DNA of 60,354 nt from an uncultured Dehalococcoidaceae bacterium (GCA_964595455.1 CAZQQL010000004.1:1-60354), one strand, 5' to 3'; counted from the first letter of the stretch, positions 27,192-37,224 are shown. Made by a program: numbers and translations. Notes: generated by a model not told the origin, from the sequence alone.

Positions 27192-28559
27192 ATGGAACTC
27201 AAAACTACAGGCAAGACGGTCAGGGAACCCGGGCGGGACATCAGCGTCTGTTATGAGGCAGACGTCGTCGTGGTCGGCGGCGGACCGGGAGGTCATTCCG
27301 CAGCCATGGCGGCGGCCCGGAACGGGGCCAGGACAGTGCTCCTGGAGCGGTACGGTCATCTCGGCGGTATGGCTTCCGGCGGCATCGTGCTCCAGATACC
27401 CCACATGAGCGACGGCGGGAAAGAGCCCGTGATAGCCGGCCTTAACCTGGAATGGCTGGAACGACTGGACCCCATCGGCGGCGTACTGAGACCGCGCATG
27501 GAAGACATCGGCTCGGACGATCCCGCCCTCATCAAGAAATGGTCGCGTTTTTTCGGGAACACGGTCAACGGCAGGGTCAAGCATACCGCCTGGGTAGACC
27601 CGGAACTCCTCAAATGCATCCTCAATGATATGGTGGAAGAAGCCGGCATCAAACTGTACCTCCATTCCTGGGGAACTCAGGCGATCATGGAAGACGGCCA
27701 GGTGAAGGGCGTCATCTTCGAGAGCAAGTCCGGCCGCCATGCAGTCCTCGGGAAAGTGATCATCGACGGTACCGGTGACGGCGACCTGCTGCCGTCAGCG
27801 GGAGCCGACTACGACGGGAAATGGGAAGAGACAAGCCGGAGTACCATGCTGGCGCTGGTCTTCCGCCTTGGGAATTGTGATTACCAGGGGCTGTGCGATT
27901 TCCAGGAAGCCAACCGGGAACGCTGGCAGGAACTGATGAAAGAGATGATGGAAGTAGCGGGAACACGGCTGGCGCCATTCCCGACTCCACGCAACGATGT
28001 GCTCTGGGTCAACAATTGGATACCCGGCCTGGACTGCACCAATGTCGAGGACCTGACAACGCTGGAAGTCGAGATGCGCAAGATCATGCGCAAAGGGCAC
28101 AAGTTCCTCAAAGAAAATGTTCCAACCTTTGAAAACAGCTTCATCCTGGACACCGCCTCCCAGACCGGAACGCGGGGCGCCCGCCGGTTGACCGGCGAGT
28201 ACATGGTCACCAAGGACGATTTTAAGACCAGTAAGAAGTTCGATGATACGATCGCGGTTTTCCCGCACATCGGCGCACCCGGAGAGAGCGGTCCTGTCAG
28301 ACATGTATACATTCCGTATCGGGCGGTGGTGCCGGTCAAGACAGACGGTCTGCTGGTAGCCGGGCGGAGTTTCTCCTCGGATACCTCCGTGAACAATATG
28401 GCCAATCTCATCCCCCACTGCGTGGCCATCGGGCAGGCAGCCGGAACCGCTGCGGCGCTTGCCGCGGACAAGGGTATCCAGCCGCGCAAGGTGGCGGTCA
28501 AGGACATCCAGAAGACCTTGTTGAAGCAGCGCGCCGTGCTGCCCGGAATCGATATCTGA
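27192..28559 (+). CDS. FAD-dependent oxidoreductase
   Basis: VVVVGGGPGG, LLERYGHLGGMASGG, IDGTGDGDL, IPYRAVVP..TDGLLVAGRS and GQAAGTAAAL. Confidence 0.92.
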   Translation: MELKTTGKTVREPGRDISVCYEADVVVVGGGPGGHSAAMAAARNGARTVLLERYGHLGGMASGGIVLQIPHMSDGGKEPVIAGLNLEWLERLDPIGGVLRPRMEDIGSDDPALIKKWSRFFGNTVNGRVKHTAWVDPELLKCILNDMVEEAGIKLYLHSWGTQAIMEDGQVKGVIFESKSGRHAVLGKVIIDGTGDGDLLPSAGADYDGKWEETSRSTMLALVFRLGNCDYQGLCDFQEANRERWQELMKEMMEVAGTRLAPFPTPRNDVLWVNNWIPGLDCTNVEDLTTLEVEMRKIMRKGHKFLKENVPTFENSFILDTASQTGTRGARRLTGEYMVTKDDFKTSKKFDDTIAVFPHIGAPGESGPVRHVYIPYRAVVPVKTDGLLVAGRSFSSDTSVNNMANLIPHCVAIGQAAGTAAALAADKGIQPRKVAVKDIQKTLLKQRAVLPGIDI

Positions 28560-28910
28560 AATCCGCCAGGGTAAAAGGCAGGAATATTGTATTTTGGTGC
28601 GATATCAATCCGGGCGGAACAGGGTAGTTTGTTGCAAGGAGGCAGGCAGGTATGTGAGAAATCGGAAAAGGGTTTTACGTAATCAACGAGTTACCATTGG
28701 AGTTTAAAAACGAGCTCACCGGCCGATGAGGCTTCACCAAAACGAAGGCTGACTCTACATCACTACCAGATTATCCTTCGATTCTTCAAATGCTCCAGCC
28801 GGTATTCATGAGAAATTACATCGTTCGTGCCCAACCAGAGGGAAGTGGAGAAAGGTGGATTCATTGATTAAACGGGCATATTCATACCATAGCAAAGGGA
28901 GGGTCTTAAA

Positions 28911-30542
28911 TTGAAAAAAATATTAGTGTCTACGATACTCATTCTCATGGCTGCAATGCTGGTTTTGTCCAGCTGCGGCGGCGATGAGACCACTCCGGCA
29001 ACGACTACTACAACCAGCCAGACAACTGCCACGACGCAGACGACGGCAACGACCGGAACGACTGCGACCACGCAGACCACGGCCACGACGGCCACCACAA
29101 CGCCGGCTGATACGAGCGATATGTACGGCGGCGTGTATCACTACCCGCTCAACGTGGCGCCGGCGTCACCGATCGGGTATCCGCCTGAAACGAACAATAT
29201 CGAAGCCATGGTTGCCAGTGCCGCCCTTGAAACTCTTATCCTTAGCGGCGACGGCAGCATCATCTATCCCCGGCTGGCCACCAGCTGGGATGTCGACGTG
29301 CCGAACAGGTCCATTACGTTCCATCTGCGCGAAGGCGTTAAATTCCATGACGGCAGCGACTTGACCGCGGATGTGGTCAAGTGGAACTGGGACTTGCAGA
29401 TTCAAGCCGGAAAGGTGCCGACGTGGGAATCAGTCGAGGTTATCGATAATCTCACTGTCAAGCTTACCGTCAAGACATACGGAAACACATCGTTAACAGG
29501 TGTGGCAGGTTATCGGATCGCCTCCAAAGCCGCCTTCGATAAGAACGGCATCGATTGGGCGAGAGAAAACCCGGTGGGGACCGGCCCATTCATATTTGTC
29601 GAACACGAACGCGGTTCACGGGTATACTTTGAGAAAAACGAGAATTACTGGGAAGAAGGAAAGCCCTATCTTGACGGCGTCGAATTCGTCATCATCGCTG
29701 ACGATACGGTACGCAACCTGGCGTTCAAAAACGGCGATATCCATGAATTCACCGCAGTCGGTCTCGACGCCCAGGAACTCGTCCAGCTAGGCTTCGATGT
29801 TCACGAGAGGACCGGCGGCACCTTCTGCCTGATACCGGACAGCGCCAATCCTGAATCTCCCTTCTCCAAACTTGAAGTACGCCAGGCTGTCTCCTATGCT
29901 ATCAACAGGGAATCGATGGCTAAAAACCTGGGCTTCGGTTTCGCCCGGCCGGCCTACCAGTTGTACCCCGGATATTCTGAAGCCGTCGTCCCCGGACTGG
30001 AAAAGACAGAGTACAACCCTGATAAAGCCAGGGAACTCCTTGCCGCGGCCGGATATCCTAATGGCTTCACCACTTCCATTTACAGCCAGGGCTATGTTAA
30101 TCCGCAAAACTACATCACCGCCCTCGCTAACATGCTGACTGAAGTCGGCATCACGACAACTCCGGAATTCCCGGAATCCGGTAAATACTCCGAATACCGT
30201 TTTGGCAGTTGGCAAAACTCCCTGCTCGCCCAGGCTTTGGCCAATTTGCCCAACCTCAATTCCATTTGGTCGTTCTACTTCGGTGAGACGGCTTTCAAGA
30301 GCCGCTACAATCCGCCTGAATTCATTACGGCCAGAGATGCATCACTCGCTGCACCGGAAGTTGATCCGCTCCTGTTACAGGAATGCTTCAGGATCATCGC
30401 GGAGGAACTGATGGCAATCCCCTACCTTGAAGAAACCGTCATGATCTTCCAGGTTCCCGGCGCCCATAATGCAGGTCTTGACATAGCCAGTCAGACCCAG
30501 TTCTGGGCTCATCTCTGCTACCTCGAACCAGAAGCCAGATAA
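28911..30542 (+). CDS. Family-5 ABC substrate-binding lipoprotein (Opp/Dpp-like)
   Basis: TTG start with RBS, lipobox LVLSSC, Thr-rich linker, LREGVKFHDGS, PVGTGPF, VRQAVSYAINR and YNPDKARELLAAAGY. Confidence 0.95.
   Translation: MKKILVSTILILMAAMLVLSSCGGDETTPATTTTTSQTTATTQTTATTGTTATTQTTATTATTTPADTSDMYGGVYHYPLNVAPASPIGYPPETNNIEAMVASAALETLILSGDGSIIYPRLATSWDVDVPNRSITFHLREGVKFHDGSDLTADVVKWNWDLQIQAGKVPTWESVEVIDNLTVKLTVKTYGNTSLTGVAGYRIASKAAFDKNGIDWARENPVGTGPFIFVEHERGSRVYFEKNENYWEEGKPYLDGVEFVIIADDTVRNLAFKNGDIHEFTAVGLDAQELVQLGFDVHERTGGTFCLIPDSANPESPFSKLEVRQAVSYAINRESMAKNLGFGFARPAYQLYPGYSEAVVPGLEKTEYNPDKARELLAAAGYPNGFTTSIYSQGYVNPQNYITALANMLTEVGITTTPEFPESGKYSEYRFGSWQNSLLAQALANLPNLNSIWSFYFGETAFKSRYNPPEFITARDASLAAPEVDPLLLQECFRIIAEELMAIPYLEETVMIFQVPGAHNAGLDIASQTQFWAHLCYLEPEAR
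28990..29103 (+). repeat. Thr-rich linker repeat (TTTTQ/TTATT)
   Basis: Repeated ACx codons encode TTPATTTTTSQTTATTQTTATTGTTATTQTTATTATTTP. Confidence 0.85.
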
Positions 30543-30550
30543 ACATACCA

Positions 30551-30587
30551 TGTGGCAGTCATGACGTGATACGTCATGACTGCCACA
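30551..30587. repeat. Perfect 17-bp inverted repeat between the binding-protein and permease genes
   Basis: TGTGGCAGTCATGACGT-GAT-ACGTCATGACTGCCACA. Confidence 0.9.
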
Positions 30588-30720
30588 CTCATATCACCCG
30601 CTCTCTTGAGCGTAAAAACAACAGGTGACAGGCAATTAGTTACATAGTAAACAATCGTGATTAATAATCCGAAACTTGCTCCGATGTAAAGGGATGCCAT
30701 AGCACCGGGAGATCAGGCAT

Positions 30721-31677
30721 ATGCAAGCATACATTCTACGCAGATTATTACAAATGATCCTGGTATTGTTGATTGTCACACTCATCGTTTTTTTCATTGT
30801 ACGCCTCTTACCGGGAGATCCCATTCTCATGTATTTGTCCCGCGCGGATATCGATGAGATTACCGAAGAACAGATCGAGTTTACCAGGCACCAGCTTGGC
30901 CTGGACAGGTCGCTGCCCGTCCAGTACGTTAGCTGGCTCGGTAATCTGGTGACGGGTGATTTCGGCAATTCGATCATTACCAGGACTCCGGTCGTTAACG
31001 AAATCAAGGGACGTCTTCCCATCACTCTGCATCTGGGTATACTGGCGTTTATCCTGAGTATCGTTATCGGTATTCCAATCGGCATTATCGCCTCGGTCAG
31101 GCGAGGGTCCTGGATAGATAATGTCTTTACAGGATTTGGCAATCTCGGCATTACCCTGCCCAGTTTCTGGCTCGGTATTATTCTCATTTATCTGTTTGGC
31201 TACAAGCTGCAATGGCTGCCCTTGTTCGGCTACACCTCGCCTTTCAAGGATTTCTGGCTCAATACCCAGCAAATCATCATGCCGGTGCTTGTCCTGGCGG
31301 CGGCGCCGATCGCCACCGGCGTGCGTATCACACGCTCCAGTATGCTAGAGGTATTACAGCAGGACTATATACGTACTGCCTGGTCCAAAGGACTGCGCGA
31401 GCAGAAAATAATCATGAAACACGCGTTAAGAAACGGGCTGCTCCCGGTTGTCGCCATGAAAGGAATGAGTCTGGTTACCATCGTGGGCGGTTCAGTCCTC
31501 GTGGAAACCGTGTTTAATATCAGGGGGATGGGAAAACTGGCTGTTGACGGGTTGTTTTCGCAGGACTACCCCGTCGTTCAGGGAGTCCTCATCGTCGTTG
31601 CGACATTCACCCTGTTAATGAATCTGTTAATCGACCTTTCATACGGATGGCTTGACCCGAGGGTACGCTATGAATAA
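30721..31677 (+). CDS. Peptide/nickel ABC transporter permease (DppB/OppB-like)
   Basis: YILRRLLQ, LGLDRSLPVQY..WL, RITRSSMLEVL.QDYIRTA.SKGL and QDYPVVQG. Confidence 0.95.
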   Translation: MQAYILRRLLQMILVLLIVTLIVFFIVRLLPGDPILMYLSRADIDEITEEQIEFTRHQLGLDRSLPVQYVSWLGNLVTGDFGNSIITRTPVVNEIKGRLPITLHLGILAFILSIVIGIPIGIIASVRRGSWIDNVFTGFGNLGITLPSFWLGIILIYLFGYKLQWLPLFGYTSPFKDFWLNTQQIIMPVLVLAAAPIATGVRITRSSMLEVLQQDYIRTAWSKGLREQKIIMKHALRNGLLPVVAMKGMSLVTIVGGSVLVETVFNIRGMGKLAVDGLFSQDYPVVQGVLIVVATFTLLMNLLIDLSYGWLDPRVRYE

Positions 31678-32584
31678 TACTATCAGTGAAAATCCCCAGA
31701 CCGAGCGGTCTTTAGAATTGACCGAACTGCGCCCGAAAGCTAACGAATTCCGGCGTTTTCTGAAAGTTTTCTTCAGCAGACCGGTCGTGATCATCGGCGC
31801 CGTTCTCATCCTGATATTTCTCGTTTGCGCCATTGCACCTAATTTGATAGCGACCCACGATCCGATCAAGCAAATCCTGGACGATGCGCTGCTGCCGCCC
31901 AGCGGCGAACACCTGCTGGGAACCGACGCTCTGGGCAGAGACCTGTTCAGTAGAATCGTCCATGGCGCACGGACCGCCCTGATCATCGCCATATCCGCCA
32001 TCAGCATAGCCCTGGTGACAGGGAGCGTCCTGGGGCTTATCGCTGGCTATACCGGGGGCATCACCAACAGCATCATCATGAGGTTTATTGATGCCTTGAT
32101 GTCATTGCCCGGTATCTTGCTGGCTCTTACCATCGTGTCCGTGCTTGGAGGAGGAATTCTGACTGTCATCATTGCCCTCGGCGTCCAGTCCGTTGCCGGC
32201 TATGCCAGGGTAGTGTGCGCACAGGCGATGTCTCTCCGTGAAAATGATTATGTACTGGCGGCACGCACGCTTGGTTCGACCAAGAAACGCATCATGTTCA
32301 AGCACATCCTGCCGAACGCTATCGCCCCGCTGATAGTCATGTCCACCATCTCCGTCGGCATAACGATCCTGGCCGAGGCCGGATTGAGTTACCTTGGCAT
32401 CGGCATTACCGAACCGACCATTGCCTGGGGGAGCCTGGTAAATGTGGGGCAAAGATACCTGCTGATGTACCCACTGCTGGCCATCGCTCCCGGCATCGCC
32501 ATCATGCTCGTGGTGTTCGGGTTCAATATGGTCGGGGACGGATTGCGGGATGCTCTCGATCCCCGTCTCAGGGGAACTTTGTAG
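31670..32584 (+). CDS. Peptide/nickel ABC transporter permease (DppC/OppC-like)
   Basis: HLLGTDALGRDLFSR, DYVLAARTLG, HILPN, EAGLSYLG and GDGLRDALDP. Confidence 0.95.
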   Translation: MNNTISENPQTERSLELTELRPKANEFRRFLKVFFSRPVVIIGAVLILIFLVCAIAPNLIATHDPIKQILDDALLPPSGEHLLGTDALGRDLFSRIVHGARTALIIAISAISIALVTGSVLGLIAGYTGGITNSIIMRFIDALMSLPGILLALTIVSVLGGGILTVIIALGVQSVAGYARVVCAQAMSLRENDYVLAARTLGSTKKRIMFKHILPNAIAPLIVMSTISVGITILAEAGLSYLGIGITEPTIAWGSLVNVGQRYLLMYPLLAIAPGIAIMLVVFGFNMVGDGLRDALDPRLRGTL

Positions 32585-32607
32585 ACCTACTTATGTCCCT
32601 CCTCGAA

Positions 32608-32642
32608 GTGCAGGCTGCGGAGGTCGTCGCCGCAGCCTGTAC
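32608..32642 (+). terminator. Hairpin after the permease genes
   Basis: GTGCAGGCTGCGG ... CCGCAGCCTGTAC, with a T-run shortly downstream. Confidence 0.6.
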
Positions 32643-32750
32643 TCAAACCTAACTTTTTTCTCAGGACGTTATTGTATCCGGTCTTCCCAGCTAGCGTCCT
32701 GCCCATAACACCGCTTGACAGGCTGCCGTCCCTTTTTCTATCCTCTAGGT

Positions 32751-33455
32751 ATGAATGAACACCAGCCCGCCATCCACAAGCTCGATATCCCCTGTGAAGT
32801 CAACCCGGAGAGCCTGACTCAATTTATCCGTATCCCCGGCAACAGCGAGTCCCGCCGTGAAGCCGCCCGTGAAATGGCCCACAGAGCCGTTGCCGTCGCC
32901 CGGCCGCTGGGCATATACATGAAAGCCCCGGCGCGTGTCATCGATCGGGGCAAGGTGGAGATCGGCGGTACGGTATTCAAGAGCCGGGCGCTGAGCAAGA
33001 ACCTGGTGGGGCTGGAGACCGTCTATCCGTTCCTGGTGACCATCGGCCGGGAACTCGACGAATATCCCCTGGACCCGGGCCAGATGATGCTCCGGTTCTT
33101 CCTCGATACCATCAAGACCCTCGTGCTCGTTACCGCGGTCAACTACCTCGCCGAACGTATCCAGTATAAGTACAGCCTGTCCGGCGTTGCCCACATGAAC
33201 CCCGGCGAGATCCCGGACTGGCCCATCACCGAGCAACAGCCGCTCTTTTCCCTGTTTCGCGGTGCGGAAAAGGAGATCGGCGTGGAACTGAGACCGAGCG
33301 GCATCATGAAACCCGTCAAGTCCCGCTCCGGCGTCATTTTCAATAACGACTGCGACTTCGCAACCTGCTTCCTCTGCACCCAGCAGGGCTGCCCGGGCCG
33401 CCGCTATAGGTACGACCCCGAGAAAGTAAAAGTATACCTCGGGGCAACGGCGTGA
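32751..33455 (+). CDS. Stand-alone vitamin B12-dependent methionine synthase activation (AdoMet-binding)-domain-like protein
   Basis: FLVTIGRELD, MNPG..DWPITEQQPLFSL, IGVEL..SGIMKPVKSRSGV and a C-terminal CFLCTQQGCPGRR. Confidence 0.8.
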   Translation: MNEHQPAIHKLDIPCEVNPESLTQFIRIPGNSESRREAAREMAHRAVAVARPLGIYMKAPARVIDRGKVEIGGTVFKSRALSKNLVGLETVYPFLVTIGRELDEYPLDPGQMMLRFFLDTIKTLVLVTAVNYLAERIQYKYSLSGVAHMNPGEIPDWPITEQQPLFSLFRGAEKEIGVELRPSGIMKPVKSRSGVIFNNDCDFATCFLCTQQGCPGRRYRYDPEKVKVYLGATA

Positions 33456-33569
33456 ACCTGCCGGAGTCCATTAAAAAACGGCGGATGCCGTCCCGTAACA
33501 CCCGTCGATACCGGTCCCGTTGACTTAATCCGGCTTCATTGTTATAGTTAACGAGCACCGGAGTTCATC

Positions 33570-34937
33570 TTGCAGAAACACACCGAGCGCCTTGGAAGCG
33601 CCCCCCTTGGCCCATTACTCGTAAAGCTCAGCCTGCCCGGTATCGCCGCCACCATCACCGCCAGCCTGTATAATGTGGTGGATACGTTCTGGGTGGCCAA
33701 ACTCGGGCATGAATCCATCGCCGCTCTTACCATCGTCTTTCCTTACCAGATACTCGCTATGGCCATCGGCTTCGGGACCGGCGTCGGCATCAGTGCGCTG
33801 GTATCCCGCCGTTTCGGAGAAGGCAACGTCGAAGAGACCAATCACGTCGCCGGTCATATCTTCATCCTCAGCCTGTTCTGGGGACTGCTCTTTACGTTTG
33901 TCGCCGTGTACTATGCAACTCCAATCCTCACGCTGCTGGGCGCCACACCGGACATCATGGAACCGGGCACCATCTACCTGGTGATCACCGCCTATGGAAC
34001 ATTGCCGCACATCTTTGCCCTTATGGCCAGCAATGTCATCCGCGGCTCCGGTGACGCCGTGAAGCCGATGGTCATCACCATCACCGCCAGCGTGCTCAAC
34101 ATCGTCCTCGATCCGTTCATGATACTGGGGTACGGCCCCTTTCCGGCCATGGGCATCGAGGGCGCCGCCTGGGCCACCGTCATCGCTCAGGTACTCGGCG
34201 CTGCGATATCTCTTTACTACCTGCTGGGAAAGCGCACCTCTTACCGTCTCCGCCCGCAACACCTGAAACCTGATGTCCGCATACTGGGAAACATCTACCG
34301 GGTGGGGTTCCCGGCGTCCATACAGGAGATTACGGAAAGCCTGGCCTTCATCCTGTTCAACCGGATCGTATCCGTTTACGGTTCCGTCGCCATTGCCGCC
34401 GCCGGCCTGGCGATACGCGTTTCCGACCTGCTCTTCATGCCTATCATCGGCGTTTCCAACGCGCTGCTACCGGTCATCGGCTACAACTTCGGGGCCGGCA
34501 ATGAAAAGCGGTTGTGGCAGGCCACGCGGCTGGCCACCTTCGGCCTCAGCGGCCTGCTCGCCTTTTTCACGCTCATCATCGAACTGCTGACACCGCAAAT
34601 AGTCAGCCTTTTCAGCCGTGACGCCGCCGTCCTGGATATGACCGTCCCGGCCATGCGTATCATGCTATCCACCCTCATGTTCATCGGCGCCAACATCATG
34701 TTCGTAACGGTGTTCCAGGGCCTCTCCAGAGGAGCTATGGCCCTCTTCCTTTCACTCACCCGTCAGTTCCTCATTTTTGTTCCGCTGATTTACCTGTTCG
34801 ATCATCTCTTCGGCCTCACCGGGGTTTGGGCGGCCCTGCCTTCCGCCGACATCCTGAGCTTCCTGATCACCTTCTTCTTCCTCTACCGGGAATACCGCCG
34901 GCGTCAACAGGCGGGGCCCGGGCGGGTATACCTGTAA
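33570..34937 (+). CDS. MATE family efflux transporter
   Basis: LSLPG......LYNVVDTFWV, RGSGD..KPM, NIVLDPFMI.G....MGIEGAAWATVIAQ and IGYNFGAG; ~12 TM. Confidence 0.95.
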   Translation: MQKHTERLGSAPLGPLLVKLSLPGIAATITASLYNVVDTFWVAKLGHESIAALTIVFPYQILAMAIGFGTGVGISALVSRRFGEGNVEETNHVAGHIFILSLFWGLLFTFVAVYYATPILTLLGATPDIMEPGTIYLVITAYGTLPHIFALMASNVIRGSGDAVKPMVITITASVLNIVLDPFMILGYGPFPAMGIEGAAWATVIAQVLGAAISLYYLLGKRTSYRLRPQHLKPDVRILGNIYRVGFPASIQEITESLAFILFNRIVSVYGSVAIAAAGLAIRVSDLLFMPIIGVSNALLPVIGYNFGAGNEKRLWQATRLATFGLSGLLAFFTLIIELLTPQIVSLFSRDAAVLDMTVPAMRIMLSTLMFIGANIMFVTVFQGLSRGAMALFLSLTRQFLIFVPLIYLFDHLFGLTGVWAALPSADILSFLITFFFLYREYRRRQQAGPGRVYL

Positions 34938-35006
34938 ACTTGAATTAACGGGCTGACAATCCTATATTATTAGGGATAAATGCCAAAATGCCTTAGGAGG
35001 AAGCTT

Positions 35007-35759
35007 ATGCCGTCTCAACCGAAAGATTATTCCGTACTGGACAAATTTAACTTCGAATACAAGCCTATCGGCGTCAAATACCTGCCCACACGTCCCGAAG
35101 GGATACGCAAGCTGGATAAAGCTCTGAACTTTTGTGAGATGATCAAGGAGGCCCAGAATGAGGAGCCGTTTTACGTGGCGCCGGACAGCTGGCACTGCGT
35201 CGAGAGGTTCCTGCTGGGCATGGAAGACCCGGAACCGATTTATATCAGCGGACTTTTCGGCGGCGATGAAGGCCTTTACGCCGAACCGCGCGCTAACCGC
35301 CAGATGTACAACCACCTGCCCATGATGCTCAAAGGCTCTGTTCAACACGTGGCCTTCTCATCCTACGACAAGTTCACCACGGACCCGGATGTACTCGTCA
35401 TTACTGCATCCCTGGCCCAGGCCCCGACCCTGCTGCGGGCCATCAATTTCTCTACTGGAGATGTGATTACCAGCAAGGTGACGCCCGTGGTCGCCTGCTC
35501 CTGGATAATGATCCATCCCGCCCTCACCGGGGAACTGAATTACGTCGTCACCGGTCTGGGACTGGGTATGCAGGCGCTCAACATCTTCCCGCCCGGCCTG
35601 TTCATCATTTCCATCCCCTGGCAGAAAATGCCAGTGGCGCTGGAAAACCTGGCCGCACTGCCCGTTCCCGGCCCGGCGAAACCCGGCCCGGGTGGAGACA
35701 CTCACCGGGCACGGGTTGAGATACTCAAGAAAGACCTGCGTAAGAGGATGTCAAGCTAA
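35007..35759 (+). CDS. DUF169 domain protein
   Basis: PIGVKY, NFCEMIKEAQ, WHC, DPDVLVI and VACSWI..HP. AGGAGG RBS before ATG 35007. Confidence 0.85.
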   Translation: MPSQPKDYSVLDKFNFEYKPIGVKYLPTRPEGIRKLDKALNFCEMIKEAQNEEPFYVAPDSWHCVERFLLGMEDPEPIYISGLFGGDEGLYAEPRANRQMYNHLPMMLKGSVQHVAFSSYDKFTTDPDVLVITASLAQAPTLLRAINFSTGDVITSKVTPVVACSWIMIHPALTGELNYVVTGLGLGMQALNIFPPGLFIISIPWQKMPVALENLAALPVPGPAKPGPGGDTHRARVEILKKDLRKRMSS

Positions 35760-35784
35760 CCGGAAAAATAAGTGGGAGAAGAAT

Positions 35785-36192
35785 ATGGCTGAATCAGAAA
35801 ACGCAAAATACGTCCAGACGATCCCTTTCCACAAGGCGGGTCCGGGGGCGCTCTTCGCCGTCGGGGCCAAGCAGCTCGGCGGCATCCAGCAGCATGTCAT
35901 CTACGCCTGCGGGTATGCTACCGGACAGACAGGCCTTTCCTCAAAACCCCATGTTCACAAGTATGACGAAGCAGTCTATTTTATCGGCACCGATCCTTAC
36001 GCGCTGGACGACCTCGGCGCCGTGGTTAAAATTTCCATCGGCCCCCTCGGCGAGCAGGAATGGTTCACCTTCGATAAGCCCACCGTCCTCGTCGCCCCGG
36101 CCGGCCTGTGGCACTGTCCCATTATCACGGAAAGCATTACCCGGCCGTTTGTCTGCATGGCCGTTTCCATGACGGGAGAACGGAACGACTGA
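35785..36192 (+). CDS. Cupin-like hypothetical protein
   Basis: PHVHKYDE and GLWHCP putative metal ligands. Confidence 0.75.
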   Translation: MAESENAKYVQTIPFHKAGPGALFAVGAKQLGGIQQHVIYACGYATGQTGLSSKPHVHKYDEAVYFIGTDPYALDDLGAVVKISIGPLGEQEWFTFDKPTVLVAPAGLWHCPIITESITRPFVCMAVSMTGERND

Positions 36193-36244
36193 GGTCCCCC
36201 GTCTCAGAGAGAAGAATAAACTGAGCAATATAGGAGGATTCAAT

Positions 36245-37078
36245 ATGAACCTGGAAGGAAAAGTTGCCCTCATTACCGGCGGTGGCGCCGGCTTTGGCGT
36301 CGCAATCGTCAAGCGCTTCATCGATGACGGTGCGAAGGTCTGCATCACCGGACGCCGCAAAGAAAAGCTCGACCAGACCGCCGCCAAGTTCCCCAAGGGC
36401 AGGGTAGTCACCTGCGCCGGAAATGTCTCCAGGGAAGAAGACGTTGCCCGTATGGTCAAAGCCACCCTGGACGCTTTCGGCAAGATAGACATCCTGGTCA
36501 ACAACGCCGCCACGGACAAGAAAGGTAAAACGGCGGAGCTTTCGCCGGCGGACTGGCGTGAGGTCATCGACGTCGACCTCACCGGCCCGTTCCTGATGAT
36601 GCGGGAGGTCATTCCCCACATGCAGAAGCAGGGAGGCGGCTCCATCGTCAACATAGCATCCCTCGGCGGCACGCGCTGCCTGCCGGAATGCCCCGCCTAC
36701 TGCACGGCCAAGGCCGGCCTTATTATGTTAACTCAGCAGACGGCGCTGGACTACGGCCCGGACAATATCCGCGTTAATGCGGTCTGCCCCGGCGGCATCG
36801 ATACCGAGCTCCTCGATGAGATGATCCTGCCGCTGGCGGAAAACCTCGGTACGGACAAGGCAGGCGCCCTCGCCTACTTCTCCCAGGATGTCCCGCTGCG
36901 CCGCGTTTCCAAGCCGGCGGACATCACCGGCCTGGTCAGTTTCATGGCCAGTGACGATTCCTCCTTCATGACCGGCTCGGCGGTCCTCATCGATGGCGGC
37001 GCCCATATCGTTGACATCTCCGGCGCGGCGGTCACCCACGGCATGAAGCAGGCCGGCAAAGAGCACATGTTCAAATAG
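36245..37078 (+). CDS. Short-chain dehydrogenase/reductase (SDR)
   Basis: ITGGGAGFG, IDILVNNA, IVNIAS, YCTAK (YxxxK) and IRVNAVCPG. Confidence 0.95.
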   Translation: MNLEGKVALITGGGAGFGVAIVKRFIDDGAKVCITGRRKEKLDQTAAKFPKGRVVTCAGNVSREEDVARMVKATLDAFGKIDILVNNAATDKKGKTAELSPADWREVIDVDLTGPFLMMREVIPHMQKQGGGSIVNIASLGGTRCLPECPAYCTAKAGLIMLTQQTALDYGPDNIRVNAVCPGGIDTELLDEMILPLAENLGTDKAGALAYFSQDVPLRRVSKPADITGLVSFMASDDSSFMTGSAVLIDGGAHIVDISGAAVTHGMKQAGKEHMFK

Positions 37079-37148
37079 TCAGAGGTAATACTGTTGCGCG
37101 GGCGGGGTTTCAGGCGCTACAATTAAGTCTGGAGCCCCGTCTTTTTTT

Positions 37149-37224
37149 GCCCCTGTAGCTCAGTAGGACAGAGCAGTGGTTTCCTAAACCATGTGCCCGG
37201 GTTCGAGTCCCGGCAGGGGTACCA
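37149..37224 (+). tRNA. tRNA-Arg (anticodon CCT) with encoded CCA
   Basis: 76 nt: GCCCCTG acceptor, TAGCTCAG D-arm, GTGGT-TTCCTAA-ACCAT anticodon arm, GTTCGAGTCC T-loop and a CAGGGGT-ACCA end. Confidence 0.97.

Noticed and set aside
28560-28910. Possible riboswitch or hammerhead (CCGATGAG...CGAAG) in the 350-bp leader of the binding-protein gene
   Set aside because: The hammerhead core (CUGAUGA...GAAA) and TPP/SAM/cobalamin/T-box signatures are not matched. An Infernal/Rfam scan would settle it.
37200-37224. attL/attR duplication of the tRNA-Arg 3' end marking an intact integrated element
   Set aside because: No second copy was seen in the window and there is no integrase; only an IS scar is supported.
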